Source: Haliotis rufescens (lineage: Eukaryota). Taken from it: a stretch of 64,000 bases of DNA. Below, piece by piece: positions 26,647-40,304 of the stretch (position 1 is the first letter of the stretch; each line of letters starts with the position of its first letter). A program made the translations under genes and the position numbers. The stretch covers positions 2,418,001 through 2,482,000 of the forward strand of contig NW_025963857.1 in the NCBI RefSeq assembly GCF_023055435.1, in the 5' to 3' direction. The notes beneath the pieces are model-generated. The model saw nothing but the letters and a program-made list of their open reading frames with translations, ran no database searches and was not told the DNA's origin.

Positions 26647-27006
26647 CCGTATTCGACGTAATAAACGCCCAGGGCGCTCTCAAAATTACAAAAAGGGGCT
26701 CTTATTAGAATAACATTTTGGTGGAAAAAAACAGAGTTGAAAGATTGTAAATTTCGTGGTTTATGCTGACAGTCTGAAATAATACAAAAGAAAAGTCTAT
26801 GCGTATTATACACGACATATATATTTTTCCAGAATTTAATTGTGGGAGCATATAACACACGAGTGTGTATTATACACGAATACATAAGTCTTGTGCACAT
26901 TGATCAATCGGAAGGGGTGCTAATGTGGATTGTTCACTAGCCAATATATTAGCAAATATCGCCGTGGGCGCTTATTAGAGCGGGGCGCTTATTACGGCGA
27001 ATACGG
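26647..27006. mobile_element. Tc1/mariner (pogo/Tigger-like) MITE, 360 bp
   Basis: TIRs CCGTATTCGACGTAATAAACGCCC / GGGCGCTTATTACGGCGAATACGG, TA on both sides, subterminal GGGCGCTTATT repeats. Confidence 0.85.
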
Positions 27007-27149
27007 TACTTGTAATAATAGGTACAATACACACTCGACTGGCTTACAACAATTATGGTTGGCAATAAGTGAGAACGTCCTCCTCATCTTGGTAACAGCT
27101 ACCCAGAGTCATCCAAACTGACTTACGTTTGAGGACACATACGAGTTGA

Positions 27150-27455
27150 AAATAAAGCGACAAAACCCTTTCAATATCCAATAGAAATCTCTGCATTAAG
27201 CGGAGTCGATTGTACGACTATAGCATGTTTGCAAATTACTATAAAATATAAATTATTATACCAGGTGTTCGTGAAAAGTGGAGCGTATCTTGCCCCACAG
27301 GTGGAACCCGTCACAAATACATGCAACGGCAAGTCAATTGTTAACCTGAAAAAAACAAGGGTGTATGGTACAAGTCAAAATAGGGAAATGCATCAGACAT
27401 CATTTTTGTAACTGATGTATCAAATTTGGAAATGTCCTCCCCATGTCTACCATAC
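27150..27455 (-). mobile_element. Naiad-type PLE 3' end
   Basis: ATAAAGCGACAAAACCCTTTC...CCAGGTGTTCGTGAAAAG...CCCGTCACAAATACATGC...AATTTGGAAATGTCCTC, shared with the other copies. Confidence 0.8.
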
Positions 27456-27569
27456 AAGAAATTAAAAGCTGGCTGATTTACGTTACTTATTCTGATGGGA
27501 AATCTGCTAACTCTGAATTTGCTTACATCGTACGTGAGATGTTCACTTGTTTTAATGATATCACATTGA

Positions 27570-28060
27570 ATGTGTGCATTATACTAGCACCTGCTTTGGA
27601 TGTGATATTCGCTATATCTTCTGATGTGACAATGACTGTGTGTTAAACGATCACCTACACTGGGAGTTGATGTACTTGCAAATGTACTGGTATTGCAATG
27701 ATTGTGTATTACACGAGCACCTTCACTGGGAGTTGATGTACTTACAAATGTACTGGTATTGCAATGAATGTGTATTACACGAGCACCTGCACTAGGAGTT
27801 GATGTACTTACAAATGTACTGGTATTACAATGACTGTGTGTTAAACGTTTACCTACAATGGGAGTTGATGTACTTACAAATGTACTGGTATTACAATGAC
27901 TGTGTAGTACACGAGCACCTTCACTGGGAGTATGATGTACTAACAAATGTACTGGTATTACAATGACTGTGTATTACACGAGCACCTGCACTGGGAGTTG
28001 ATGTACTTGCAGTTACACTGATGCTACAATGACTGTGTTTTAAACAAGCACCTGCACTGG
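27570..28060. repeat. 66-bp tandem repeat, ~7 copies
   Basis: Unit GCACCTGCACTGGGAGTTGATGTACTTACAAATGTACTGGTATTACAATGACTGTGTATTACACGA. Confidence 0.9.
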
Positions 28061-30485
28061 TGTCCTGATGTGAATACATGTGTGTTTACTTACTTTTAGC
28101 GCACCTTCCACCTGTATATACAATTACAGCTTCAGGGTGAGGGAAAGCATTTGCGATCGGAATGTAGCGTGAAAACTCTAACAAACTAAGTCAACAAAAT
28201 CAGAGACCATATGTCAGACTGGTGAAGATTAATAACAATAATCATCAGTGTAAAAAGAGAAAACTGTATCCTAGGGAGCTGCTTGTAAAGCACAAAATAT
28301 CCCAAAAGGTTGTTCCGAAAAAAATGGTGAAAGATTTTAGCACTGCTGTTAAAAATAACACGTTGGTCTTCTATCTAACACAGCGAGGCATTTTCCCCAC
28401 CCTCGCCCCATGGTGTACCTCCAGGATCACCCCACGATGTTTCCACAGCTCTTGTTATCAGCGTTTAGGGATGCCGCGATGTAAACATAGAACTGGGGCG
28501 ATCTTAACGGCCTGTACAAGATACACCACGGATAAAGTGATGGTGTAAGTTTATACACGAGACGAAACTCACCATAAGAACGCAGCGGCTGTAGAGGGGG
28601 TGATTCTTACATCTAGACGCGTGCACATGACGTCATCTGTATCGGGCACCTGTCATCACAAGATATGACTGTTTGGTCTTCGTGAGGGGTGAGCATCCGT
28701 TTATCTCAATCTCTCCAGGATGTGTGGTTTATTATGCACTTTCTTCTTGAGGATTCCGATTACCTTGTTAAATAAAATTGGTATAATCAGTGAAGAGACA
28801 AAATACGCAACGATCTTTTACGTCATCAGTATAAATACAATGAGCTCTCGAGGACGAGTATCAGTGAATGGAAAGTACTCCATGTCACGTGATATGGTAT
28901 TCGCTTGTTACAAAGATCGAATTATATGAAGATGCATGGACTAGACATTGTTTATCATTATTTAATTTGTGCTATGTACAAATAGCCTTTTTACCAGCAG
29001 CACAGTATTTTGAGAGAATAAAAACGGCTTAGTCATTTAAGGTAATCTGCTCTGTAGATCGTGGGTTCGAATCCCAGATTTGTCCCCGTTTTAATCCATA
29101 TTTTGTCAAAACTGTAGAAATTGATGGACCTGGCTTGAAACGTCACTTGAGTGTGGTATTATCTATCAACTAATGCAAAGGCTTTTTACAGAGTCTGGCC
29201 ATTTACATTTGATATGGTATTTCTCTCGGTTGTGAAACTATGTAGACACTATAATGACAATATTTCTGCAGGCTTAATTAAGTTTACGCCAATGTTTTGT
29301 CACGTGGGACAGTGGCGTGAAGCCTTACAAAACTGTTTGCTGTGTGATAGAGTTTATTCCGTAAAGAGGCCAACAGTGTACCAGTTACAGTGACCTGTGG
29401 ATTACAGTCAAAGAGCGCCCACTCATTATATCAATATATACAATGCACATAGTTCTTATAATATATTAAAATGTACAGTTTGTTTGTTTAGTTACTTATT
29501 CTTAAAAAGTAATCAGTACGTTTTTTGAGTGCGAAATATGTGAACTTAGCTCACCTGGGGTTAGAATTTACAAACAGCAATACTATCATTTGCTATCGTC
29601 GAATGTTCATAATGAAACTTTGGAAAAATACTTTCTCTGCGATAAAATACTTTTGACTGGCTTTGAACAGATATTGGAGACGTAAATGGTGTTTTGTTCA
29701 ACAAATAATATAATTCAAAATGGACCAAATCCACGTTTTCTCTCAATATTATACAATCTTCCCTGTTCTATCATTAAGTTATGACTGGAACATCTAAATG
29801 TACACAAAATCCTACGACAGGCATCATTGTTGATACAGGAAAGATAAGTTTCGTAAAAGAATTCCAGTTGTATAAGTCTAAAGAAATCTAACTTAGAGTA
29901 ACATACGATATTATCATTCCATACTTGAACATCAATATCCTTACAACGCTGGGTGAACTGATCAATAAATAGACCTTCATTTCCAGCGCCTTGTTCCTAA
30001 CCCATATCTTAATAACACTTGTTTCACACCCAAAGCCCAGCATCTTTGTCCCTTTCGGCTTTCTTCAAATGGATCGTATAAATATGTCTCAAGTCAACAT
30101 TATTCCCGTGACTTAAAACAGTCGTAGCCTCTGCTTTATCATCCTCTCACACAGAAGAACAAAAAGTTCCAACCTCCTCTCTTGCGAGCGGAATACCTTA
30201 TACTGGTCCTAATACTAACTTACAATGTCTATCATGTATAGCATCAATATCTAAAGATTGGTGGAAGCCCAAGACCTTAGTACCATACAATAGGATAAAC
30301 GTTGGTATCAAAACGTATGAAAGAACAGTTTAAAGAAATGTATATAAAGTTACAAGGTTTGATAGCAATATTTGAATAACTTTGTTGTGTATCTATATTC
30401 ATGTCCTATTATCCACAGCACACTGCATGTGTTTGTGGGGGTAATCAAAGAGGTAAACGACTAAGACTTGATTCATTTACTGTTT

Positions 30486-30738
30486 GACCCGTGATGATTC
30501 GGGGTAGAATAGGTATTCAGCAACCCATGCTTGTCGTAAGAGGTGACTATGCTTGTCGTAAGGGGCGACTGACGGGATCGGGTGGTCAGGCTCGCTGACT
30601 TGGTTGATGCATTTCATCGTTTCCTAATTGCTTGGATCGAAGTTCATGATGTCAATCACGTAATTGTATAGTCCACACTTGATTATTTACAGACGGCCGT
30701 CATATAGCTGGAATATTAAAAACAAACAAACAAACAAA
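30486..30738 (+). mobile_element. SINE-like family C, intact 5' end, double-hairpin head variant
   Basis: Starts GACCCGTG, ends (AAAC)n. Imperfect TSD CATTTACTGTTT / CATTTATGGTTT. Confidence 0.85.
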
Positions 30739-31569
30739 CATTTATGGTTTAGGCAAAATATTGAAGTCAGCGCTTCAGGCCATATTGTGTTCTCTTTGAG
30801 GAGATACTTAACAATTGTTCTGAATCCACATATTTTCGTCAGAGCATCGATTATGTCCAGAAACAGGATTATTTTGATGAAACCTGAAGTCAATCTTTGG
30901 GAACAGGTTATTTTTTTCAAACAAATTCTTGACAACTTGTGAGCGACCGTTTTAATGCTATTGTGTTCGGCGTAATTAGCATCTATCCGGCTCATCTAAA
31001 TTTTAGTGATATGAAATCGCACAGGACCATAATCATTCTTTCACGGGGTAGGGTTGAGTTATCCCGATCCATTGGTGGACACCATGTTTATTTCCTAAAT
31101 TTTAAATCAGGGAGGAGAATTTGTAAACAGACAACGACGTGTCTATATAAATTCTCCCTGACGAGCTCGAGGTTATCAAGAAAGAAGTGTGGTTCCATTG
31201 TTATCCAAATGTCTCAGCTCTGTTACAAGATGTAATCAGGTCAGGCCTTGATCCACAAATCGATATAGTCTTACTTCTGTCATCTATCCTAGATCTAAAG
31301 TCGTCGCTTCGATGAACGGTTACTTGAGAAAGTGATCATAAAAAACGTAAAAGGAAACGAAGGAACGGAAAACCACTAACTCAGATGTTCAAGTTAACAT
31401 GCTTTGTTTTTTTCTAATCTGAATTGCCACCTTGAAGATGACATGTTAAAATGTTACAACATATTAAACAATCAATATGCTGAATTAAATATTATTAAGA
31501 AATGAGTTTATAAAAGTACAAATAGCATGGATGCGTATCATCGAAGCCAGGTCCATCTTGTCTTTGTCC

Positions 31570-32400
31570 TTGTTAGTCACTCGATCATAGATCCATCTTG
31601 TGTCTACCCAATACCCACACTGGATTTCCTTGTTTGTCACTCGATCATCGACCCATCTTGTGTCCACCCAATACCCACACTGGATTTCCTTGTTAGTCAC
31701 TCGTCATCGATCCATCTTGTGTCCATCCAATACCCACACTGGATTTCCCTCTTTGTCACTCGATCATCGATCCATCCTGTCTCCCACTCTGGATTTCCTT
31801 ATTAGTTACACGATCATCGATCCATCTTGTGTCCACCCAATACCAACACTGGATTTCCTTGTTAGTCGCTCGATCATCGATCCATCCTGTCTCCCAAAAT
31901 CGATTTACTTGTTTGTCACTCGATCATCGATCCATCTTGTGTCCACCCAATACCAACACTGGATTTCCTTGTTAGTCACTCGATCATCGATCCATCCTGT
32001 CTCCCACACTCGATTTACTTGATTGTCACTAGATCATCGATCCATCTTGTGTCCACCCAATACCCACACTGGATTTCCTTGTTAGTCACTCGATCATCGA
32101 TCCATCCTGTCTCCCACACTCGATTTACTTGTTTGTCACTCGATCATCGATCCATCTTGTGTCCACCCAATACCCACACTGGATTTCCCTGTTTGTCACT
32201 CGATCATCGATCCATCTTGTGTCCACCCAATACCCACACTGGATTTCCTTGTAAGTCACTCGATCATCGATCCATCTTGTGCCCCATACTGGATTTCCTT
32301 ATTAGTTACACGATCATCGATCCATCTTGTGTCTACCTAATACTCACACTGGATTTCCTTGTTAGTCACTCGATCATCGATCAATCTTGTATCCACCCAT
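31570..32400. repeat. ~60-bp tandem repeat with shorter deletion variants
   Basis: Unit GTCACTCGATCATCGATCCATCTTGTGTCCACCCAATACCCACACTGGATTTCCTTGTTA. Confidence 0.92.
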
Positions 32401-33149
32401 TTTACCCACCACCCACTTTTACGTCGCTTCTTTCGTACGAGGTATATAATATATTGAAAATCTTGAATGACTGTTTATCTGTATAATAATACACACAGGG
32501 GCAGAGTGAAATAAGCACAAGCGACTTAACGAAGTACCATTATATGAGTTCAAAGCAGTCCCATCATCTAACGGTTGTGGTAGTTCAAAGAGCTCAGTAA
32601 TGGATAGTCTTTCCCGAGATAGCGTACCTTTCCGCCATGTCGTTGACCGTATTAGAAATGAATTGAGATAATTGTGAGCGAAGAATCCAGGCCTCAAGAC
32701 ATGATCTCCAAGTACGGTGACAGGTAGCAAGAACAGAACTTACTCCTCCGAAATATATGTGATGTAAGAAAGAGTGAGTATGGTGGTTAGAGGATATGGC
32801 TGGTTTGGGTTGTTGGGGCAGGGGTGTTAGTGGTGTGTGTGTGTGCATTGAGGAGGACACGTACTCGGGGTGATATTGTGGAGGGAGAGAGGGGAAAGTA
32901 AGACTTAGTAACACGGCAGTGTCGATGGTATATTCAGTTGGCAAATCCTTAGGACAGCCCCGGGGGACAACACATGTTTTTGTAATTTTGTGACATCGGA
33001 ATTACCCATCGGTCCAATTACCAATTACCAATTTCTAGTACGGAGTCACTAAGGTAATACCCTTAGGATCTCAAAACTTTCTTTGAAGCTAGGGGAAACG
33101 TTCTGCGCACACTTCGGCCACGTTAAATGTTTTTTGGTTACTGCTTTTT

Positions 33150-33612
33150 TATACTCTTTGTACCATTTCCCCCCTGGTATTTCTTGATACAATAGAGCAT
33201 GCTCTTTCAACCAGGATTTCAAAGAACGTCATTCGACATTTGCTCAGAAGTTGTTTGATCAAGGTTACAACATTCAAGGCCTCAGTAAATCTGCCAAATG
33301 GATGGGGAGGACATTTCCAAATTTGACACATCAGTTACAAAAATGATGTCTGATGCAATTCCTTATTTTGACTTGTACCTTATGCTCCCGTGTTTTTTTC
33401 CAGGTTAACAATTGACTTGCCTTTGCATGTGTTTGTGGCGGGTTCCACCTGTGGGGCAAATTACACTCACTTTTTCACGAACACCTGGTATCATTACTAT
33501 TTGGTAGTGATTCATAAACATATACTAATGAGATAGTCGGAATCGTACAATCGACTCTGCTTTATGCAGAGATTTCTTTTGGATGTGAAAAGGGTTTTAT
33601 CATTATTTATTT
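33150..33612 (+). mobile_element. Naiad-type PLE 3' fragment, the only clear plus-strand copy
   Basis: Reads YNRACSFNQDFKERHSTFAQKLFDQGYNIQGLSKS (PLE RT thumb RYARACS...KLxxQGY), followed by the 3' UTR motif. Confidence 0.85.
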
Positions 33613-34451
33613 GCCTGTAGATCTTGACATATAAGTGGTTACTGATAGACAGTTCTAAATCACCGATTATTTTTATTTTTGTCACAACTTCAAATAGCTA
33701 TAAAGTCATTACTTTGGAAGCTTTGATTTATTTTAGTGACACTGTCGAATGCACATTGTCAAGAGCTTTTCATATATCTGTACCACATGATATTGTTTCC
33801 AAACGTGGTCACGTGACCAGCCCCTAATGCATTATGGTCGGTTTGCTCGTGCAAAGGATATATGTTACCTGTGTTTATTTAACACCACACACATAACACG
33901 TGTTTACGAACGCCCTGTGTCGTTATTATCTTTGCCATTGACGTGCGTGTGTTAGTATGCTGAAGTTTCCACGTCAATCCTGTGTTGACTCTGCCTTTCA
34001 TGTGACATAGATAGAGAGAAGGAGACCACTGAGGCAACTATCTTTTTATTGCAATGATAGTGTGGGCCTGATGTTGACAAACTACATGTTTCTCCTATCG
34101 CGCATGTCTAAAACAATTATTGTGAACATTGATATAAAGACACTTCTAAGATAATGTGATATGGTGGTGCGGGATCTAATTGCTTCGGAATGTACTGTGT
34201 CGATCTCGCTGTGATGTGATGAATGTGTCCCCTTAACCATTACCCCAAAACCTGCACCTCACATCCGCATCTTAAATCCCAACACTCCTCACCCCATACC
34301 TCGCGCCCTACACCCTACACCCCACACCCAGCACCCAGCACCCTGATCCCCGCTGGCATTCGGTGCACCTACGGCAATCTAAAAAAATGATAGTGTTTCA
34401 TAAACACATACTCATCAATTAAATCGGTTGGCTAAGCAACTTTATTGCTTT

Positions 34452-34651
34452 TGTTTGTTTGTTTTTTTGTTTGTTTGTTTGTTTGCTGTTAAGCGCCGCA
34501 CTCCTTCCAGCTACATGACGGTGGTCCAAAAAATAATCGAGTCTGGACCAGACAGTCCAGTGATTGACATCATGAGCATCGATCCACGCAATTGGGATAC
34601 GATGACATGCATCAACCAAGTCAGCAAGCCTGACCACCCGTCCCGTTAGTC
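34452..34651 (-). mobile_element. SINE-like family C, 5'-truncated
   Basis: Body and tail match the other C copies; (TTTG)n on plus. Confidence 0.85.
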
Positions 34652-36841
34652 CAAACTCATTGAGTGTTATTGTATACCGATAACAGGGGACATACTCAAA
34701 ATATCAACTAAATGTTTCGATTTTTTAACGGGCGGCAACCTTATATCTAGAATATTGCTGACTGTGGCGTTAAATAACAGACAAATAAACAGTTCGACCT
34801 CATGTCGTTCTCTATGTTCACTGAACACACTCCTGAGATCAATTATTCTATCACTGCACTATGCCTCGACATACTCATTGAAATACGTCAATACCTCGAC
34901 AAATATCATCACGTTCCCACTGAAAAAGCATTTATTTTGCATTTTTAACCAGAGCAAGTTGAGATGTTTTCATTTAATTATACGAAGGTATCCTTGTCTT
35001 CCGACCGTCGTAAACTCATGTGCCAGACTCCTAATAGACATGCGTCAAGTTATGCTGTCCTCGTAACAACATCAGATGCATGTATTAACTCTGTTTAAAA
35101 TAGCATTCCTTCCAGCAACGATCAATACAGCCCTCTAATATGAACACAGCGGGAAAAGGTCGTTATTTAACAGAGGGTAATTCTGTGAGATAAATTTGTA
35201 ACGCGATAGAATATATTCCAAAAGGTTTTCTTCTTATGACCATAGGAATATAATATTACGTTGATATATCACGTTCTTTAAAGACGAAAGGTTGTTGGGG
35301 AATAGTTTTGGACTTATATTTCCACAGTTAGCCATGCCTCGTGACATTTCACTGTTATAAATCACATGCTCAAGAGATGTACGCTATACCAACAACGTTT
35401 TAAATACCCTAGTCAATAACACTGCACTTGAGACGCCAAGATTAGATAGTTATTTCGGCGAATCACATGTATTTCTGCCTTAGAAAATTAACACAAGTTA
35501 GGAAAGAACTAACTTTTGATGTTAGCGAGACAGCTTCAAATATAAACCTTCTCCTGCCAGGTTTAAACTATCTGTTTTGACGCTCAAAACACGTTTCCTA
35601 ATTGAAATATTCTATTCGAACGCATTTATCCAGAATAACGTAAAAGCCGTTAATAAACTTCTGGGTGTAATAGAAGAGCGACGTCGGAGGTTAAGGCGGT
35701 TCGATCCGCCTACAGCAGCTATAACATACACCTTCTTGTTGTGGTTATGATGATCACAACCCATCAACACGTTTACTTATCCCCCCTTTGTGTAAGACCA
35801 TGGAACCATGCAGCTTTCATCAGACAGTGTAACATGAACGTCTATGTGTATGTTACTACATAACTTGGTCTGGGTTGTACAGCAGGAGATGCTATCTCGG
35901 TATAATTGAACCCATGGCTTGTCAAACACGAGGCTCCAATTGTAAGATTGCCGTGATAGGGTGTTTGTTATGATAAATAAATTGTTTCAAATGGGCTTTT
36001 TCCATGTGTCAGAATAAAGAATTGTTGTTTTTATACTTCCTGGATGATCCTTTATCCTTATATCATTATTTGTATTCCAATTCGAGATGTTTACAAAAGT
36101 AGATATCGTGTATCAACGAACGTATCTGCGTTTTCTAATTAAGCTTGGCTTCTCTACAGACAAGCCTTTCATGGTAGATGCTTCCTGTTCTGTGTCGTCT
36201 ACAGATCCACTCCTAATTCCTGCAAATGATACATCCACTGAACAATTTTAGCTTGGCCTTGGCCTGTTTAGGTCAATGTCTTCATTATACGATATCAAAA
36301 ACGCATCTGGTAGCAAACAAAACGTGTCTCTTCTACATTTGGGTTTGCGCGCAGTAGATAAGAGTTATGTACATCGCGTGGATGTGAGCGCTGTGTGTGT
36401 TCGGGTTTTAAACACGTTGTTGTGATTTCATGGATGCTTTAACCTTATCACACATGTAAACATTTCGTCATCAAATATGCTATTGTATTTACACAAGACC
36501 ATCTGAAATCTTGAACAGAACATAAACGCAATCAAACATGTTACTGCAAGTATCTTTTCATTATCATATACGGTCGTGCTTTCTTTTGGATCACGTGTTA
36601 GACGTCTCAGTTCGCTAAGCAGAGTTGCGTCCCTTAGGCGTCCCATAATGCCCCGCCAGACACTCGGCATTATGGGGATAAAACAAGGACTGGCTTGCTC
36701 GAAGTCAGTTTAATGTGTCTGAGTGGGATATCCATGTTAAACTGCAGCATGGAATAACATAGGCTATTACTGTAGAACTGGCACCAGTAGAGACACGTAC
36801 AGGCAGACACACGCCCACACTTTCACGCCAGTCGCTAAATA

Positions 36842-37230
36842 AATAAAAGCGACAAAATTCCTTTCCATATTCGGAAGAAATTTCTGCTAAAAGCAGAGTC
36901 GATTGTACGAGTCCAACTATATCATGAACATGTGTTTATGACTCACTATCAAATGTAATGATACCAGGTGTTCGCGAAAAGGTGAGCATATCCTGCCTCA
37001 CCGGTGGCACCCATCACAAACACAGATATTGATATTGCCAATCCGATGAAACATTCCGATTCATATGCACACAGAAACAGATCAGTAAGAGGTGTGTGTA
37101 GGTGTTGGTGCCCATGGGGTTTCCTACGTCCTGGCTAAATGTCTCATCCCCATATTTTACATAAGGAAGTCCAGCATCTCACATCTTGTTCTTTTGGTAA
37201 AATTCACATGATATTGCTTTCATTTTGAAT
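36842..37230 (-). mobile_element. Internally deleted Naiad derivative
   Basis: 3' UTR motif joined closely to a decayed RT core segment CEMLDFL...VGNPMGTN. Confidence 0.7.
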
Positions 37231-37253
37231 AAAGGCAAGTGAACTATGCTTGA

Positions 37254-37415
37254 GTGAGTGAGTATGGTTTTACGCCGCTTTTAGCAATATTCCAGCAATA
37301 TCACGGCGGGGGACACCAGAAATGGGCTTCACACATTGTACCCATGTCGGGAATCGAACCCGGGTCTTCGGCGTGACGAGCGAACGATTTAACCACTAGG
37401 TTACCCGACCGCCCC
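37254..37415 (-). mobile_element. SINE family A, full length
   Basis: A and B boxes, tRNA-Asp-like head, 13-bp TSD GAACTATGCTTGA at 37241-37253 and 37416-37428. Confidence 0.93.
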
Positions 37416-37537
37416 GAACTATGCTTGAACTCAATTGCATCTCACGGTACCAGGATACTATAACCGTAGGTCGAATCCCATATTTGCCCTGTCCATGAAC
37501 CTGTGTTCGTCATGGCCTTGGCGTTCACTAACATGGT

Positions 37538-37760
37538 TGGTTTGTTTGTTTGTTGTTTTACGCCGCACTCAGCAATATTCCAGCTATATGACGGCGGTCA
37601 GTAAATAATCGAGTCTGGACCAGAAAATCCAGTGATTTATATCATGAGCATCGATCCACGCCATTGGGAACGATGACATCCATCAACCAAGTCAGCGAGC
37701 CTGACAACCCTATCCCGTTAGTCGCCTCTTACGACAAGCATAGTCGCCTTCTACGGCAAG
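37538..37760 (-). mobile_element. SINE-like family C, 5'-truncated
   Basis: 12-bp TSD CACTAACATGGT at 37526-37537 and 37761-37772. Confidence 0.92.
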
Positions 37761-38406
37761 CACTAACATGGTAAATCACAGAGAGCTGCATCGGAGTTTC
37801 CTTCAACATCTGGCTATGGGATGTACCTAAAACAGTGTTCAAACAGCGTTGATACTCGTCACAAACATTTCACTCTTTTTGCCACGTCTTTACTTAAATT
37901 TCCGTACTGAGGAAGCCACAGTTCTTATAAGTAGTAGCTTTTTGTTATATAATAAAACAATATTGCCATGTCAATACAGTTGGAATTTTTTTTATCAGAA
38001 CACTGCGTAAACAAAATCATATAAACTCGAATACCATACATGTTGGTTAATATATGAGGAATTACTCATATTCAAGAGCTATTTGATTGGTTCGACGCCT
38101 AAACGAACATACTGGTATGTTGTGTAATCTACGCTCATGAACGCATCACATGTGACTTCAAAGACCCATGACTTGAGATGCCCCATTTGTCTCTTGCAGA
38201 ATTAGCGTGTAAAGTTTGGAAATCACGTGCAGCATATCGTGATAAGAATAAGTACACTCTGTGGTAACACTTAGTTTTGTCATTAAGTTATACACACTGG
38301 AAATATCTCTTCATACTTCTCTATATGTTTCTTTGGTTTGCGTGGCGGTGAGTATATATGACAACCAAGTCGACATCAGATATGTAAGTCAAGAAGATCT
38401 GAAACT

Positions 38407-38560
38407 GAGGAGTCGATGTTTATGGCTTTGCGCAGTATTCCAGCAACCTCAGGACCCAAGACACCAGAAATGGTTCTCACACGCTGTACCAATTCGAACG
38501 ATCGAACCCGACCCTTCGGCGTGACGTGCGAACGCTTTAACCACAAGGCTACTCCACCGC
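38407..38560 (-). mobile_element. SINE family A, diverged
   Basis: Aligns by eye with the 37254 copy; TSD CTGAAACT at 38399-38406 and 38561-38568. Confidence 0.8.
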
Positions 38561-40004
38561 CTGAAACTTTGATGAGAATATTGTCAAGTATTGGTAACTG
38601 TTTTAATAGAATAAAATTAAACTACTTTGCCAAAAGAATCTTCAAAATACTATTGACATTTTTTTACATTTACACTCATTATTCAACGCCCCAGTGTATA
38701 ACTGTCCTTTCAAATATACCGTTCAACAAAACACAAGAAACCATGTACGAGTCAGCATCGAATCAGGTTTCGACGATTGTGAGAAAGAAAATCTCATTTC
38801 TAACTCTACAATGCGGACAGTCAGAATATTCGGTTACAACTATGCAAAAACACAGGACCCGGTAAAAACATACGACTTTATTCATAAACTATTTGTCGAA
38901 CATACTTGGACAAATTCTTTAGATGTCTGACATATATCCAAAAGCGTGTGTATATACAAGGGACAAGTGTACCTCATGTGGAGATATTGCTAGTGGTATC
39001 TTTAATTCCTCCAGATTAGAGAGACTACGTGATTACGATACGAAGAACTCTAACGCCACTGATTTCATCTTTTCAGAGTACAAAACCCAGAGGTAATTTC
39101 CTAAATACATGTACGTATAATTATGCAAGTAATATTCACCTATGGTATTTAAAATGAATCTTCGGCTAGCTTTTCATAGCGGAGGAAGGATGTAAATAGC
39201 ATTGTTGAACAAGAAGGTCTTTGACGCCACGGGGATCGTAAAGTCTCGAGGAAATCTCACATTGCAGGCTAGTAGCGATCTGACCTTTACCGAGTCTCTT
39301 GACGGAGCGACGGAAGGATTAAAATTTGAGCCTGCATGGAGTTCCTATCGTACACTGATAGTATTCGCCGAAGGGCTAATATTACCATACCACGCAATGC
39401 GGGTAAATAAACAGAAATTGCCGGACAAATGGGGATGACATGTACATCAGCGTGAAGCTACGAACACGTCGACTACATTTACTCGGAACCTTTCATGTCT
39501 TCTTCAGTGGTGCGTTAACCTAGCCTCTATCACGCTTCCCATGGGTAACGAAATATCTGGAAAACTACTCGCCGCCCGTCTACACAGTTGGGATCAGTCT
39601 ATATTACGACTCATGTTGAATCCTTTCATCAAATATAATCTGTACATCTTGTAAATTGTAATCTGGTGCTTTACAAGCGGTACGATTGACATTTTGTGCG
39701 ATATACTTTTGTAATGTACCAGTTCAGGTTTATGCGTAAGGGTGAGGTGAAATGGGGTTTAACGTCGCGTTCAAGATTATTGCACTTATAGAGCGACGTG
39801 TGTGGTTAAGGAGGAAGACTGCAGTTTCTTAAATCCACCAACCCCTTTAAGCCGGATCGTTTACATCAGTTCCGTCTGGTCAATCCAAGCACTTGTTAAT
39901 CCAGACAAATTAAATGGAAGGGAGTTCAGACGTTATCTGTAGACAGTTCGGCGTGTTTGCATGTTTATTTATTCAGTGTCATGCGGCAAATTTATTTTGC
40001 ACAT

Positions 40005-40225
40005 GAGTGAGTGAGTGAGTGAGTTATTGTGTTAGTGAGTGAGTGGGTTATTGTGGTACTGAGTGGGTGAGTTCTTGAGTGAGTTATTGAGTTAGTGCGT
40101 TATTGAGTGAGTTATTGAGCTTTTGAGTTTTTGTGTTATTGAGTGAGTGGGTTTTTGAGTGCGTCCGTGAGTGAGTTAATGAGTCCGTGAGTCAGCGAGT
40201 CAATTAGTCCGTGAGTCAGTCAGTG
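40005..40225. repeat. (GAGT)n-derived low-complexity tract
   Basis: Direct inspection. Confidence 0.85.
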
Positions 40226-40304
40226 AAATTTTCTTTCAAATTCGAAATTATATTAAGGTTGTTTTAGTTTTGATACCAAACTACTGCCAAGATGCCTGTA
40301 GATC

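Noticed and set aside
30020-30145. Possible LTR-retrotransposon RNase H remnant (IIP..N.VASALS)
   Set aside because: It needs a frameshift and a stop and is too short to support by eye.
33300-33612. SECIS element in the Naiad 3' UTR (some Naiads encode selenoproteins)
   Set aside because: No convincing AUGA/GA kink-turn with an apical AA was seen, and the in-frame TGAs here cannot be told apart from decay.
37330-37415. Possible tRNA-Asp gene (and other tRNA-like heads)
   Set aside because: The acceptor stem is incomplete. The sequence continues into a SINE body and tail and is bounded by TSDs.
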